NCBI GenBank assembly: GCA_030390025.1
Contig: CM059433.1
Location: 24,802,001-24,866,000 of the forward strand
Length of the DNA: 64,000 nt
Source of the DNA: Squalus acanthias
Taxonomy: Eukaryota
Reading direction: 5' to 3'
The stretch's first letter is position 1. Every line of letters begins with the position of its first letter. The notes beneath the pieces are model-generated. The model saw only the letters and a list, made by a program, of their open reading frames with translations, did not search any database and was not told the origin of the DNA. Made by a program: the position numbers and the translations under genes. Below, piece after piece: positions 51,303-63,854 of this stretch.

Positions 51303-52974
51303 AGATCTTGCATAGGGCATGCACTTCCTGTCCACAAGCCTTACTTCCTGTTGTCATGACTTTTGGTCATGCTTCCAATTCCCATTCACTTTTGCCGTGT
51401 CAACTGTTTCAATGTAGTTGCAAGTTTTGGCCACTGGGTAGCTCTGTGGAGCAAGTTTCTGAGATTTGTCTCCCAACTTGTAAATACAAAAAACTATATT
51501 CATCAACTTACTATGCTGAATATAAGTATATGCCTATACATTGACCGCTGTCCACTTTAATAAGTGAAAATAAGCATACTTTAATCAGTCACAAGGGTAT
51601 TTACTCTTCTTTCCTCCCCACATCCGTAAAAACACTTTCTCAGTCAGTAGGGTGGCATGATCTGGTCTGGTCCAGAGACATTTGAGTGTAAGTCATTATT
51701 ATGCTCTTTGGTTTGTGCACATAGATTGAGTGCTTGAGAAGTGAGAAAGATTTGTTACGCTCTCTCTACCCTTGTGCCTCCCTCCCCACATTATTGGGAC
51801 TTGTACTCCAGTCTTCTTGTTGATAACCCCATGCACCTGCGTTGTATTTACTGGTTTAATAATAGTTCTTTTTTCAATTATTTAGCATTAATACAGAATT
51901 ATCTGAGCCCTCAGTATATTCTGGGAACTAGAGGTGCCATGAGTAAAGACCTAAGTTTAAAAAATATGTGATGCAAAACAATCATTTAACTCTTTAGATC
52001 CCTATTAATGATCCAGACCTCTCTTACCAAATTATTACCATTTAACTATATGACTTGTAGCATGATAGATTATTTGTTGTAACTCAATCATGCCACTAAA
52101 GATAGTTTTGTAGATGTCAGGTACGGACTGGATCAGGCATGGATGTGATGGCTCTCACAATTGAATACTTTGCTAATATACACTGACAAGCCTCATACAT
52201 GAATATTGACCGTATGGGTGATGTACCAGGTATGACAGTTGACCTTGAAACTGTGGTGGAAATTTTAGCCAAAAAATGGGTGGGTTGCTGTCGTGTGGGA
52301 AGTTAAAGTGTTAAAAATCTGACTAGACCCGCCTCCAACCTGCCCACTTCCGGTTTTAACAGAGGTGGGACGGGGGTGGGCAGCCAACCCGCTCCCAGGA
52401 GGTGTGCCGTCCATTTAAATATTATAATGAGGCTGGCGTGCCTCAGATTTAACCTCCATTTTAAACTTAACTGGCTGGTTGGGTTTTGCCGGCCTCGTGA
52501 AACCTGCCAGCTAAAGTAAGCGAGGACTACTGGATCCAGGAGCTAAGTACCTTTACACCTACCTCTTGGATCCAGCATTCCTACCTAACTCAACCCCCCG
52601 AATCAGAGACCCACCCCCCCCCACTAGACCTCCAATCCTCCCTCCCTCCCCCCTCCCCCCGCCCCCCAATGCGGCCTCCCCCTCCCATGCTCCTCCGGCC
52701 CTCCGATGTCATCTGCCTCGCCACACCCCTTCCCCCCCCGCCACTCCTCTGGCCCTCTGATCGTTTTCTCTGGCACCTGCCCTGGTGCTCTGGCCCCCGA
52801 GCATTCCCGACAACCCCCTCCCCCCAATCCTCGGGTCCCTGATCGTTTCCTCCGGCCCATGATCATTTGCTCTGGCACCGCCCCCCCCCTCCCCCCCCCC
52901 GCTCCTCCGGCCCCCGATCTGGCGCTCTGACCCTCCCCCCCACTCCCTGGAAGCACTAGCATGGAAGGTGGCAT

Positions 52975-53263
52975 CGTCAGAGGTGTAAATAACAATGGCA
53001 AAAACATCAACAGCTGCCATGTGAAAAACTAGAGGCAGAGGTTATGGTCTGAAATTGTTGAACTCGAAGTTGAGTCCAGAAGGCTGTAAAGTGCCTAATC
53101 GAAAGATGAGGTGCTGTTCCTTGAGTTTACGTTGAGCTTCGTTGGAACAACATAAGAGGCCAAGGACCAAGAGGTCAGAGTGGGAGTGGAGCGGAGTATT
53201 AAAGTGACAGGCAACCGGAAGCTCGGGGTCACCCTTACGGACTGAATGGAGGTGTTCCGCAAA
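52975..53263 (-). mobile_element. Penelope-like element, C-terminus of the GIY-YIG endonuclease region
   Basis: Open frame 53263-53042: FAEHLHSVRKGDPELPVACHFN..RKLKEQHLIFRLGTLQPSGLNFEFNNFRP*. Not in the ORF track. Confidence 0.88.
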
Positions 53264-53672
53264 GCTATAGGATTTGGACCTTCAGTTAACAAAACACAAT
53301 TCCTCTTACATCTGCAGATTTTCTTTTACTAAAGGAAATTGTCTATTTTATTCCTTTGATCTGTTTTAATTAAAATAAAAGTTTCAGCTTCACTGATGGC
53401 CTAGTGGGTTCACTACCAAGCTGTGTAGATCAAAAGATCCCAGGTTTGATTCCCAATCAGTACAGAGGTAACTTTCCCAGTGAGGCTGCAGTTGGGCTCT
53501 AACAGTTGTTCTTAGTGCCCATGTGCGAGGTTTCCTACTATTGATTGCTATTCAGTGACCCCTATTGGAATACTGGGTGTAAACAGGAATGGGCTTGGCT
53601 GTGATTTTGCCCCCTTTCACCCCAGAGTCAAATAGCCTACTGATAGTCAATATCAGGCTAATACGTGAAGGA

Positions 53673-54160
53673 CAATAATAACAATAAACTTGCATTTATA
53701 TAGTGCCTTCAATGTAGTAAAATGTCCCAAGGCACTTCACAGGGACGATTATCAAACAAAATTTCACACCGAGCGACATGAGATATTAGGACAGATGACC
53801 AAAAGCTTGGGCAAAGAGGTAGGTTTTAAGAAGCGTCTTAAAGGACAATGAGAAGTAGAGAGGCAGAGCGGTTTAGGGAGGGAATTCCAGAGTTTAGGGC
53901 CTCGGCAGCTGAAGGCACGGCCTCTAATGGTGGAGCAAAGAAAATCTGGGATGCGCAAGAGGCCAGAATAGGAGGAGCACAGAGATCTCGAAGGGTTGTA
54001 GGGCTGGAGGAGGTTAGAGATAGGGAGGGGCAAGGCCCTGGAGGGATTTGAAAACAAGGATACGAATTTTAAAACTGAGGCATTGCCGGACCTTGAGCTA
54101 ATGTAAGTCGGCGAGCACAGTGGTGATGGGTGAACAGGACTTGGTGCGAATTAGGATACC
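53673..54160 (-). mobile_element. L2 LINE 3' part
   Basis: STIRGRAFSCRGPKLWNSLP. Colinear with 48257-48735. Confidence 0.88.
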
Positions 54161-57100
54161 GGTCACACCGATGAGGTGCTGGACAATTATCCGAGTGTGG
54201 ATTCATACCCCAGTGTGAATCATCATCCTCAACAGAGGAGGGGAGGAAAATAGGAGAAAAAACTATAAACAGAATGAAAGACTGGCCTATCTCTGCTGCT
54301 GACCTGGAAAGTTAAAAATCAAAACAATGGCCATTGTTATCGGTGGCTTGCTGCATGCTGTCTCCATCTTTCTATTTGTAGCTTTGGTAAATATATAAAT
54401 AGAAAGTCAGTCTACACGGCCGTTATCACTCCAGCTGCCTGAAGGTTCTGCTGAAGAACTTTCACAGTGCTGTGAATTCCAACATGTAGATGACTTTTTA
54501 AAAATAACACATTTGTGCAGGAGTACGGTAACTGTTTTGGAAGCACAGAGGAATAAACAACCAGGAGGCTGAGACTTCAGTTAGTGAGACATTTTGAAAA
54601 CGCTGATGGTAAGAAAATAAAAATGCGTTTACATTAGTCATGTTCTATTTGTAAGATCGTGTTGGGTGTAAGTGCAGCTGTTGTTCAATAAAAAAAAACC
54701 ATTGCTTTGAGTAACAGAGCTGTGTCCTTATGGGTATCATTCATCTTTAGCCTGTGCTCTTGAAGATTCACGGCTTTTTCAATTCGGGCTCTTTGTTTGG
54801 ACTTTAATCATCTTAAAAAGGTAAACCTGCATTATTGAAAGTTACTGGATGTATTAATAGAATGAAATAATAATTGGAAAACAGTTGTAATAACTTCACA
54901 GCTCATCTGCTAGCTTTCCAACGTTGACTGTTTAATGGAGCTGTTTCTCTTTGCTTTGCACACAAAATTACATTTACACGGACTGTACTTGCCACCTGGG
55001 GCAGATGATCTGTGCAATGGCAGTGAGTTTGATATGCTAGAGGCTTAGCACATATGAAGAAAAATACTTCAATACTTAAAATAATAATACGATTGGGATA
55101 TTTGGTTTATTCTAGGAGGACATGAAATGTTGCAGAATTATCTTTATTTATTTCTCTGAAGTTGCTTGACATAGTAGTCAACAGTAGTGGAAACTTCTGG
55201 AACTTTTTGTATTTCCTGTTCAAAGTAAGTTTCTTGAAAGCTGCTGCAGGGTTAAGCCGAGAAATTCCGCCTTTACATAGGATGGAATTGGAGAGCTGTA
55301 GGACTGGAGCGGCTGGGGTGGAACCTGTCCCTGTGGATTTCCGCCCTTTGATAGCTGCACTTTAAAGTACGACAGTGGGTGCTTCTTCAGCCTGCCACCC
55401 CCATCCCGATATCAATTTTGGGGCCTGTCTGGGGGGGTGGGGGTTGATTTACTCAGGGTCCCTCCAAAGAAATCCTGGATATGTAAGCCAGTGCAGGAAG
55501 CAGGCATATGTACTGTACTGGGCTGCATGGGGGTCACCCGGAGAATAAATCAAATGGCAACTGATCCCAGAGGGATTGATTGACACTATATGGGCCTCCC
55601 AGTAAGGGAGTAGCATTCCCCTACTTGGGGAATTCATGCCACCATTGGACAACCCAACCTGTGTCTCCTCCCACGGACTCCACACGTATCCATGCCACTG
55701 GACGGGCACCCTTGTAGCCTACCCTTAATGTTAATGACCCGAGTACTGAGATTTAGGATGGGTCATGATGGGGATGAAGTGGAAGGTGGAAGATCCTTTA
55801 ATGTATTACAGAACACAACTGATATTCTAGACTTTTTTTCTAAATGAAAACTCTTTGATAGTGAAGCAACTTCTTGAATTTAGTTTTTTTCCCCTAAAAA
55901 TTTCAAACAAAGCTGAGGAGGCTCTTACTGATTAATGTTTGACGGATCTATCCTATTGGGGAAAAAAGGAAAATTCAGGAAATCCACACAGGTAAGTCAG
56001 CATCTTAAAGTGAAAGGTTGGTTAATGTTTTGGGTGGGACCTTTTGTCAGTATTTATATCCAGGTTGGAGAAGCTCCTTCACAGGTTCTACCAAAACGAA
56101 GGGGGGGGAGGAGAACAATCAAAAGTTCACATCTGGACTGCTTTCATCAAAAAGCAGCTAATGGGTTCAACAGCCGTTAAATATAGATTTTAAATGCCGA
56201 AGAGGCGCAAAGCCTTGTTTACGATACCAAAGTAATCCTAGTCAGACGTTTCGTAAGGCAAAGAGAAAGGGTGAGTCAGACATGGCTCCAAAATGGAAGG
56301 TAAAGCAACAGAATGTGAATGTGAGAATCCAGCAGTAAAACTGGAGAAATAGCTAAGATTTAAAGTTGAAGACATCAGTTTGATGTGTTGTTTCACATTT
56401 GACTTTATTATAATAGTCAGTCTATTTATAACCTTTTTGTTATCATATTTGAGGCATTGTCTGCACATTTTTGAAGCATGTTCTTGCATCCAATGAGCTT
56501 GTACAAAGACACGGCTTGGTAGATGGATGTAAAACTATAATTGGTTTAGATACTCCCTTGTTTGTGTATTTGCTGGGTTTAGTTACTAAATTTTAGTGGT
56601 CTGTTTCAAGATCCATGGCCGACTATGGGCTATTTAAAAGTATACTAAACTTTTGGCACACACACGTGGATTTTTACCTTTGTTTTGGTGATTCCTGATA
56701 TAGTACAACAAAAAAAATGTAATTGTTAAAGGGTTGCACTGTATTCATGCTGTAGGCTAACATGTTCTGTCTAAGTTACTTGATTGATAGTGCTTTCAGC
56801 TTTTTAGAAGTGTTGTAAAGCTCCATAGTGTGTTCTCCACCCCGCCCTCCCGCCCAGCTATCTCGTGTGATTTTCCTCTTCTCTCCACCGCCCCCCCCCT
56901 ATTCTAAAGACACTGACTTCTATCGAATTCCCTGGCATCATTTGAGAATAGTTTCTCAGTGTCACTTTTAGAATGAGATAGCTAAATAAAATAATTCTGG
57001 GTGTTCCTTGAATCTTTGGCATGTGCTACATTTTAAGAATGGTTGTTAAAATAACAAATTTACTATTTTAACTATGACAGGGGTCAGAGAGCCATTACAT

Positions 57101-57442
57101 ATTGTATAGAACCATTGAGGCATTCTACAGGGCAGATTTGGGTAGACTCTCAATATATGGCTGAAATTTGAATGGTTATTTTGCATCAGTCTTCATGATG
57201 TGAAGCTACCAGTGTTGTTACATAGAGGTAATTTTAAAAGTGAATATAGAAGTGAATGTATAAGTAGCAGGGCTCCAGGCCCTGATGGTATTCACCCTAG
57301 GGTGCTAAAACATATGGGGGCTGTATTATGCAAGCCAGTGACTCATATATTTATAAAGCTCATTGAGGGCTGGGATTATTCCCATGGACTGGAGAGAGGC
57401 CAACGTGAGGCCTATATTTAAAAGGACTGAATAGTGACATAG

Positions 57443-58725
57443 GATCGTGACTTCTGTTTCGGGCTCTCCTCCGATGATGTGCATCACTCTGCCCCTGGCT
57501 TTCCGAAATCAACTCCCTGGCTGTTATTCCTAAACTCGACCCAACATGTGCATGATGCAGGTACAGTTAGGTTGGAGAGGAGGGGGATTGGGGGGAAGAG
57601 GAGAGCACGATGGAGGTATCTGGGTGGAAGAGGAGAGCACGATGGAGGTATCGAAGTGGAACAGGAGAGCACGATGCCCTAGCCCTGAACTCACATCTTT
57701 CTCTAGTTTCTCTCCTATCTCCCTTCATGCCCTCTCCGAGCTCTTCTTGTCCATGAGGCCCACTGCCTGCTCCCTTGACTCTATTCCTACTAAACTGCTG
57801 GCCACCCAACTTCCCTTCTTAACTCCCATGTTAGCTGATATTGTTAATGGTTCTCCTTCCCCTTCAAATCTGCCATCATCAGAAACCAACCCTTGACCCC
57901 TCTGTCCTTGTAAACTCCAATCTCCCTTTCCTCTCCAAAGTCCTTGAACATGCTGTCACCTCCCAAATCCATGCCCATCTTTCTTGGAACTCCATGTTTG
58001 AATCCCTCCATCAGATTTCCGCCCGTCACAGTACCAAAACGGCTCTTATCAAAGTCACAAATGACATCCTATGTGACTGTGGTAAAGTATCCCTCCTCGT
58101 CCTTATTATAATCGCTCAACTATTGGTGGCCGTGCCTTCTGTTGCCTAGGCCCTAAGCTCTGGAATTCCCTGCCTAAACCTCTCCGCCTCTCTTTCCTCC
58201 TTTAAGACGCTACTTAAAACCTACCTCTTTGACCAAGCTTTTGGTCACCTGCCCTAATTATCCTTATGTGGCTTGGTGTCCAATTTTTTTGTCTTCTAAT
58301 ATTCCTGTGCAGCGCCTTGGGATGTTTTACTACATTAAAGGCACTATATAAATACAAGTTATTGTTGCTGTTGTCTGCATCCTTTGACACGGTTGACCAC
58401 ACCATCCTCCACCAAAACCTCTCCTCCATTGTCCAGCTGGGTGGGACTGCACTCACCTAGATCCATTCTTATCTATCCAGTCGTAGCCAGAGACTCACCT
58501 GCAATGCTTCTCTTCCTGCTCCCACAACATTAGCTCTGGAGTCTCCCAACATCTATCCTTGGCCCCCTCTTATTTCTCATCTACATGCTGCACCTCGGTG
58601 ACATCATCTGAAAACACAACGTTAGGTTCCACATGTACGCTGACATCACCCAGCTGTACCTCACCACCACCTCTCCCGAACCCTCCACTATCTCTAAATT
58701 GTCAGACTGCTTGTGCAACATCCAT
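57443..58725 (+). mobile_element. L2 ORF2 remnant with a nested L2 3' end (about 58110-58372)
   Basis: CSLDSIPTKLL, NLPFLSKVLEH, HSTKTALIKVTNDIL, LSASFDTVDH and HMYAD. Confidence 0.85.
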
Positions 58726-58934
58726 GATAGGCACTAAGAGATATTGGCACCCCGAATAAAATAACATTCCCCACCACCTCTGAGTGGGCCAGTGGGACTA
58801 GAAACAGCCAAATCCTTACTGCTGCAGTATGTTAGCTACGTAGAAGAAACCCCACAGCATGTAGTGACTTTATATACTGATTTATATATCCAAATCTTTC
58901 ATAGATTGACATTATTAACAGGAGGGTACAATTT

Positions 58935-59129
58935 GATAGTGATGTTGGTTGAGGGATAAATATTGGTCAGGACACCGGGAATAACTCCCCTGCTCGTCTT
59001 CAAAATAATGCCATGAAATCTTTCACGTCAACCTGAGAGAGCAGACGGGGCCTCAGTTTAACATCTCATCTGAAAGACGGCACCTCTAACAGTGCAGGAC
59101 TCACTCGGTACTGCACTGGAGTGTCAGCC
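58935..59129 (-). mobile_element. Deu-domain SINE internal fragment
   Basis: gagggataaatattggtcaggacaccgg..gacggcacctc matches 8045-8210. Confidence 0.8.
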
Positions 59130-59295
59130 TTTTGATATTCAATGATAATTTAATTTTGTGCTTCCTCTTTGCCTTCCTAATTGTTTTTTTGGACTCCTTT
59201 CCTAACAGCTTTATATTCCCTTTTGTAATCCTTTCCTTTATTATCTTTTTTACTGGAATAAATTCCTCCTGAACACTCTTGATCATAGAGTCATA

Positions 59296-60015
59296 GGGGG
59301 CATAATTCGGTTGATTTGCACCTCCCGTTAGTGCCCTAAAGGGCGCTAACGGGGCGCAAATCAACCAGCGCCTGGGCGCGGCGCCGCTAACGCTTCCCAC
59401 GAAATACAGCGGGAGGTTAGCGACGGCACTGATCGTTAGCGGCACGCCGCGCTTCACCGCCGGCGAAGACGTCATTGCCGTGCGCAGCACCCTGCTCGCG
59501 CTGCGGCTGTAATATTGGGTGGCACCCCCCAACTTACCGCCAGACGCTATGTCCGCCAGGGTCAGGGGAGCCTACCTGCGGCCGGGGCGGCGCTAGTTAA
59601 AGGGGAGGTGGCGGGCGGCCATTTTTGTTGCTGGCTGCCTGCCAGCACCTGCCCCCGTTGTTGTCCCCGACCCCCGTGAAGCCCCACTGCGGGGTGCCGG
59701 CTGCGCTCCGTGAGCCCGACATTCCTCTTGAGTGCCGGGCTCGTTTGCCGTCACTCCCGATCCCTGGTGGCCCAGCTGGTCGCCGGGACACGCTGCGCCA
59801 GGTCCCTCCCCTTTAATAAGGGGAGGAAGGCCTGCAGTACAGCGGCGCGATGGAAGCAGCGCCCCAAGAGGGACGCGGGGCACTTCCAGTATCGCACCTC
59901 CTCCCTCTCGGGGCGCTACCTGGGAAAATCGGCCGTGGGGGTGCTAACTTTTTCGTGGCACTAAAATTAGCGTCCCGGTGAAGGTGGGAAGGGGGCGCTA
60001 CCCAATGTTTACCCC
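59296..60015 (+). mobile_element. CpG-rich Harbinger-type MITE
   Basis: Ends ggggcataattcgg / cccaatgtttacccc. Colinear with 62941-63694. Confidence 0.85.
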
Positions 60016-60441
60016 AGAGTCATAACGGCACAGAAGGAGGCCATTCGGCCCATCGAGTCTGTGCCGGCTCTCTGTCGAGCAATCTAGTCAGTCCCATTCC
60101 CCCGCTCTATCCCCGTAGCCCTGCATGTTTATTTCCCTCAAGTGCCTATCCAGTCTCCCCTTGAAAACATTGAGTGTCTCCGCTTCCATCACTTCCGTCG
60201 GCAGCGAGTTCCAGGTCCTCACCACTCGCTGTGTAAAAAAGTTTTTCCTCACATCCCCCCTGTATCTCTTGCCCAAAACCAATCTGTGTCCTCTAGTCCT
60301 TGTACCATCAAATAGTGGGAACAGCCTTTCCCCGTCTAGCCTATCCAAACCCGTCATAATCTTGTACACCTCTATCAAATCACCCCTCAACCTCCTTTGC
60401 TTTAATGAAAACAAATCCAGCTTCTCCAACCTGTCCTTGTA
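60016..60441 (-). mobile_element. CR1 family A 3' fragment (tail continues at 59283-59295)
   Basis: RRLRGDLIEVYK..RKNFFTQRVV..QGYGDRAGEWD. Confidence 0.92.
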
Positions 60442-61054
60442 ACTTAAATCACCTTTTTAAATATTTCCCACTGCTGTACTATATCTTTGTCAATATTTTT
60501 TCCAGTTTATCTAGTTTCCTAGATCTTTCTCATCCCCTGAAAATTAGCTTTTTTGCAATCTATTACTTTAATCTTTGTCTTACTTATGTCTTTCTCTATC
60601 ATTATCTTAAACCTTATTTTGCTGTGATCGCTATTGCCTAGATGTTCCCCTACACTTACTTCTCTGATCTGCTCCAGTTCATTTCCCATTATTAGGTCCA
60701 GCAGTGATTCCTCTCTTGTTAGCCTTCTTGAGCACTGAGTAGAAAAGCAGTCCTGAACACACTGTAAAAACTCTATTTCCTTTTCCCTTTTCCCTACCTC
60801 TTCTTGCCAGTTTATTTGGGGATAATTGAAATCTCTCATGATTATTATTCTATGTCTTTTACTCATTTCATAAATTTGCTTACATATTTCTTCCTCCACT
60901 ACCCTTCCATTATTAGCTGGTCTGTAGAATACCCCTATTAGCATTGATCGATCTCTTCTTACCCGTTATCTCATTTCATATGGATTGTTTCTATCTTAAT
61001 ATTAGTTATAACCTTTTTTTTACTGCCATTATGTTATCTCTAATTGGTACAGCT

Positions 61055-61470
61055 ATAGAAACATAGAAACATAGAATCTAGGAGCAGGAGTAGGCCATTC
61101 GGCCCGTCGAGCCTGCTCCACCATTCAATACGATCATGGCTGATCATCCAAATCCAGTACCCTGTCCCTGCTTTAATCCCCACAGTACACATATCCCACC
61201 CTACCCCCACGTATTTAATTCCCCCTAACATATCCCATCCTATCCCCATAACCCCCCCCCCTAACAACTAAGGGTCAATTTATCATAGCCAAATCAACCT
61301 AACCCACACATTTTTGGACTGTGGGAGGAAACCGGAGCACTCGGAGGAAACCCACGCAGACACGGGGAGAATGTGCAAACTCCACACAGACAGTCACCCG
61401 AGGTCAGAATTGAACCCGGGTCCCTGGCGCTGTGAGACACCAGTGCTAACCACTATGCCACCGTGTTGCC
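61055..61470 (-). mobile_element. Full-length HE1-like V-SINE
   Basis: tRNA head (ggtggcatagtggttagc / ggttcaattc), V-domain gtgtggagtttgcacattctccccgtgtctgcgtgggttt, and a CR1-type tail with (atgtttct)n. Confidence 0.9.
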
Positions 61471-62109
61471 CATCCTCTCTTCCTTTCCTATCCTTTCTAA
61501 ATATGTTATAACCTGCAATATTTAACTTCCAGTCTTATTGTTTATGTAGCCATGTTTCAGTTATCCCTACTACATCTGGCTTCTCTCTGTAAATTATTGT
61601 CTCCAGTTACCCTGTTTTGTTTTGGATGCTGTCCAGGCAACTTAATTTGTTTTTATTAATTGTTCCTCTCACTTTATTTTTTTACGGTCACTTTATAATT
61701 ATGTTCCATAACTGTATCTGTTCTCCAACCATTAATCTTACCCTTATTCTTGGTCTGACCTTGGTCTGACCTTTACTCTCATCTCCTATTTCTTTTACCT
61801 TCAGGTTTATGTTATTTCCACTAGATCTCTCCCCCCCTGTCTTTCTAGTTTAAAATCTTATCCAGAGCCCTATTTATTATCATTATTTTTGCATACCACT
61901 GTCAGAGCTTTATGCTGACATTTAGTGTTTCACAAGTCCTAACTGTGTGGCCACCATTTATTAATGGACCTCAGTGCTTTTACTGTCTCCGGCACTTCCT
62001 GCTAAATCATCCCAGAATGGCCCGAGATTTGTGTGTGCACGCTTGGCATTTTGGCAGTATCAATGGCTCTTAAGGTGATTTTTCAGGTTGTTCTGGCAGT
62101 GTTGTTTTC

Positions 62110-62555
62110 AATTCTGGGCACCACACTTTAGGAAGGATGTCAAGGCCTTGGAGAGAGTGTAGAGATTTACTAGAATTGTACCAAGGATGAGGGACTTCAG
62201 TTATGTGGAGAGACTAGAGAAGCTGAGATTGTTCTTCTTAGAGCAGAGAGGTTTAATAGAGGCGTTCAAAAACATGAAGGGTTTTGCTAGAGTAAATAAG
62301 GAGAAACTGTTTCCACTGGCAGACAGGTTGGTAACCGGAGGACACAGATTTAAGGTAATTGGCAGAAGAGCCAGAGATGAGATGAAGAGAAATTTTAGTT
62401 ATGCAGCGAGTTGTTATGATCTGGAATGCACTGCCTGAAAGGGCGGTGGAAGCAGATTCAGTAATAACTTTCAAAAGGGAATTGGATAAATACTCGAAGG
62501 GGAGAAAATTGCAGGGCTATGGGGAAAGAGCAGGGGAGTGGGACTAATTGGATAG
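62110..62555 (+). mobile_element. CR1 family D 3' fragment
   Basis: MRDFSYVERLEKL..GHRFKV. Colinear with 11760-12195. Confidence 0.88.
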
Positions 62556-63854
62556 CCACAACTGGAGTATTGCATCCAGTTCTGGTCACCATACTTTCGG
62601 AAGGATGTGAAGGCACTTGAGAGGGTGCAGAGGAGATTTACCAGAATGGTTCTGGGGATGGGGGAATCTTCGCTACAAGGACAGGTTGGAGAAGCTGATT
62701 TTGTTTTCATTAGAGCAAATGAGGTTGAGGGGTGATTTGATAGAGGTGTACAAGATTATGACGGGTTTGGATAGGCTAGCCGGGGAAAGGCTGTTCCCAC
62801 TAGTTAATGGTACAAAGACTAGGGGACACAGATTTAAGGTTTTGGGCAAGAGATACAGGGGGAATGTGAGGAAAAACTTTTTTACGCAGCAAGTGGTGAT
62901 GACCTGGATTTTGGGGAAATGGTGGAAGCGGAGACACTCAGGCCTAAAAATTCGGTTGCTTTGCGCCTCCTGTTAGCGCCCTAAGAGGGCGCTAATGGGG
63001 CACAAAGCAACTAGCGCCCGGGCGCGGCGCCGCCATCGCTCCCGCGACATTCAGCGGGAGGGTAGCGGTGGCGGTAACCATTAGCGCCCCGTGGCACTGT
63101 GCTGCCGCGATGACATCATCGCTGTGCGCAGCACCCCGCTCGCGCCCCGGCTGCGATCTTCGGTAGCGCCCCCTGACTTACCACCGGACGCTATGTCCGA
63201 CGGGGTCAGGGGGGGCCTACCTACGGCCAGGGTGGCGCTAATTAAAGACGAGGTGCCGGGCGGCCATTTTTGTTGCTGGCCGCCCGCCAGCACCTGCCCT
63301 TATTGCTGTCCCCGGCCTCCTGACCAGCCCCCCCGCGGCATGCTGGCTGTGCTCCGTGAGCCCGGCATTTCTCTCGAGTGCCGGGCTCTTTTGACGGCAC
63401 TCCGATCCCTGGTGGCCCAGCTGGGCCCCGGGTCGCGCTGCACAAGGTCCCTCCCCTTTAAGAAGGGGAGGAAGGCAGGCAGTACTGCGGCGCAACGTGC
63501 CGCAGCACGTGGCACTGCGGCACGTAGCGCCGCGATATTCCCTCGCAGCGCCCCAAGAGGGAGGCGGGGCACTTCCAGTAGCGCCCCGCTTCTGTCTTGT
63601 GGCGCTACCGATGAATTTCAGCTGTGGGGGTGCTAATTTTTTCAGGCCCGGCGAAGTTAGCGCCCCAAAGGGGGCGCGACTCAATTTTTCCCCCTCAATG
63701 TTTTCAAGGGGAGACTGGATAGGCACTTGAGGGAAATAAACTTGCAGGGCTACGGGGATAGAGCGGGGGAATGGGACTGACTGGATTGCTCTACAGAGAG
63801 CCGGCACAGACTCAATGGGCCGAATGGCCTCCTTCTGTGCCGCTATGACTCTAT
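62556..63854 (+). mobile_element. CR1 family A 3' fragment split by a MITE
   Basis: RLRGDLIEVYK..RKNFFTQ. Resumes at 63695 and ends in tatgactctat. Confidence 0.9.
62941..63694 (+). mobile_element. CpG-rich Harbinger-type MITE
   Basis: Imperfect TIRs ggcctaaaaattcggttgc / gcgactcaatttttccccc and 3-bp TSD tca (62938-62940 and 63695-63697). Removal restores gagacactcaatgttttc. Confidence 0.88.

Larger units (their letters stand above)
59130..61860 (-). mobile_element. Old CR1 endonuclease-region remnant hosting a MITE, a CR1-A and an HE1 insertion
   Basis: IGVFYRP, IMRDFNYPQINW, LLDLIMGN and EHLGNSDHS (60519-60944). Confidence 0.8.

Noticed and set aside
55955..56050. Strong donor cag|gtaagt as an exon end
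   Set aside because: It lies in what looks like a decayed Penelope-type repeat (cagcatc..gttaatgttt), similar to 17490-17640.
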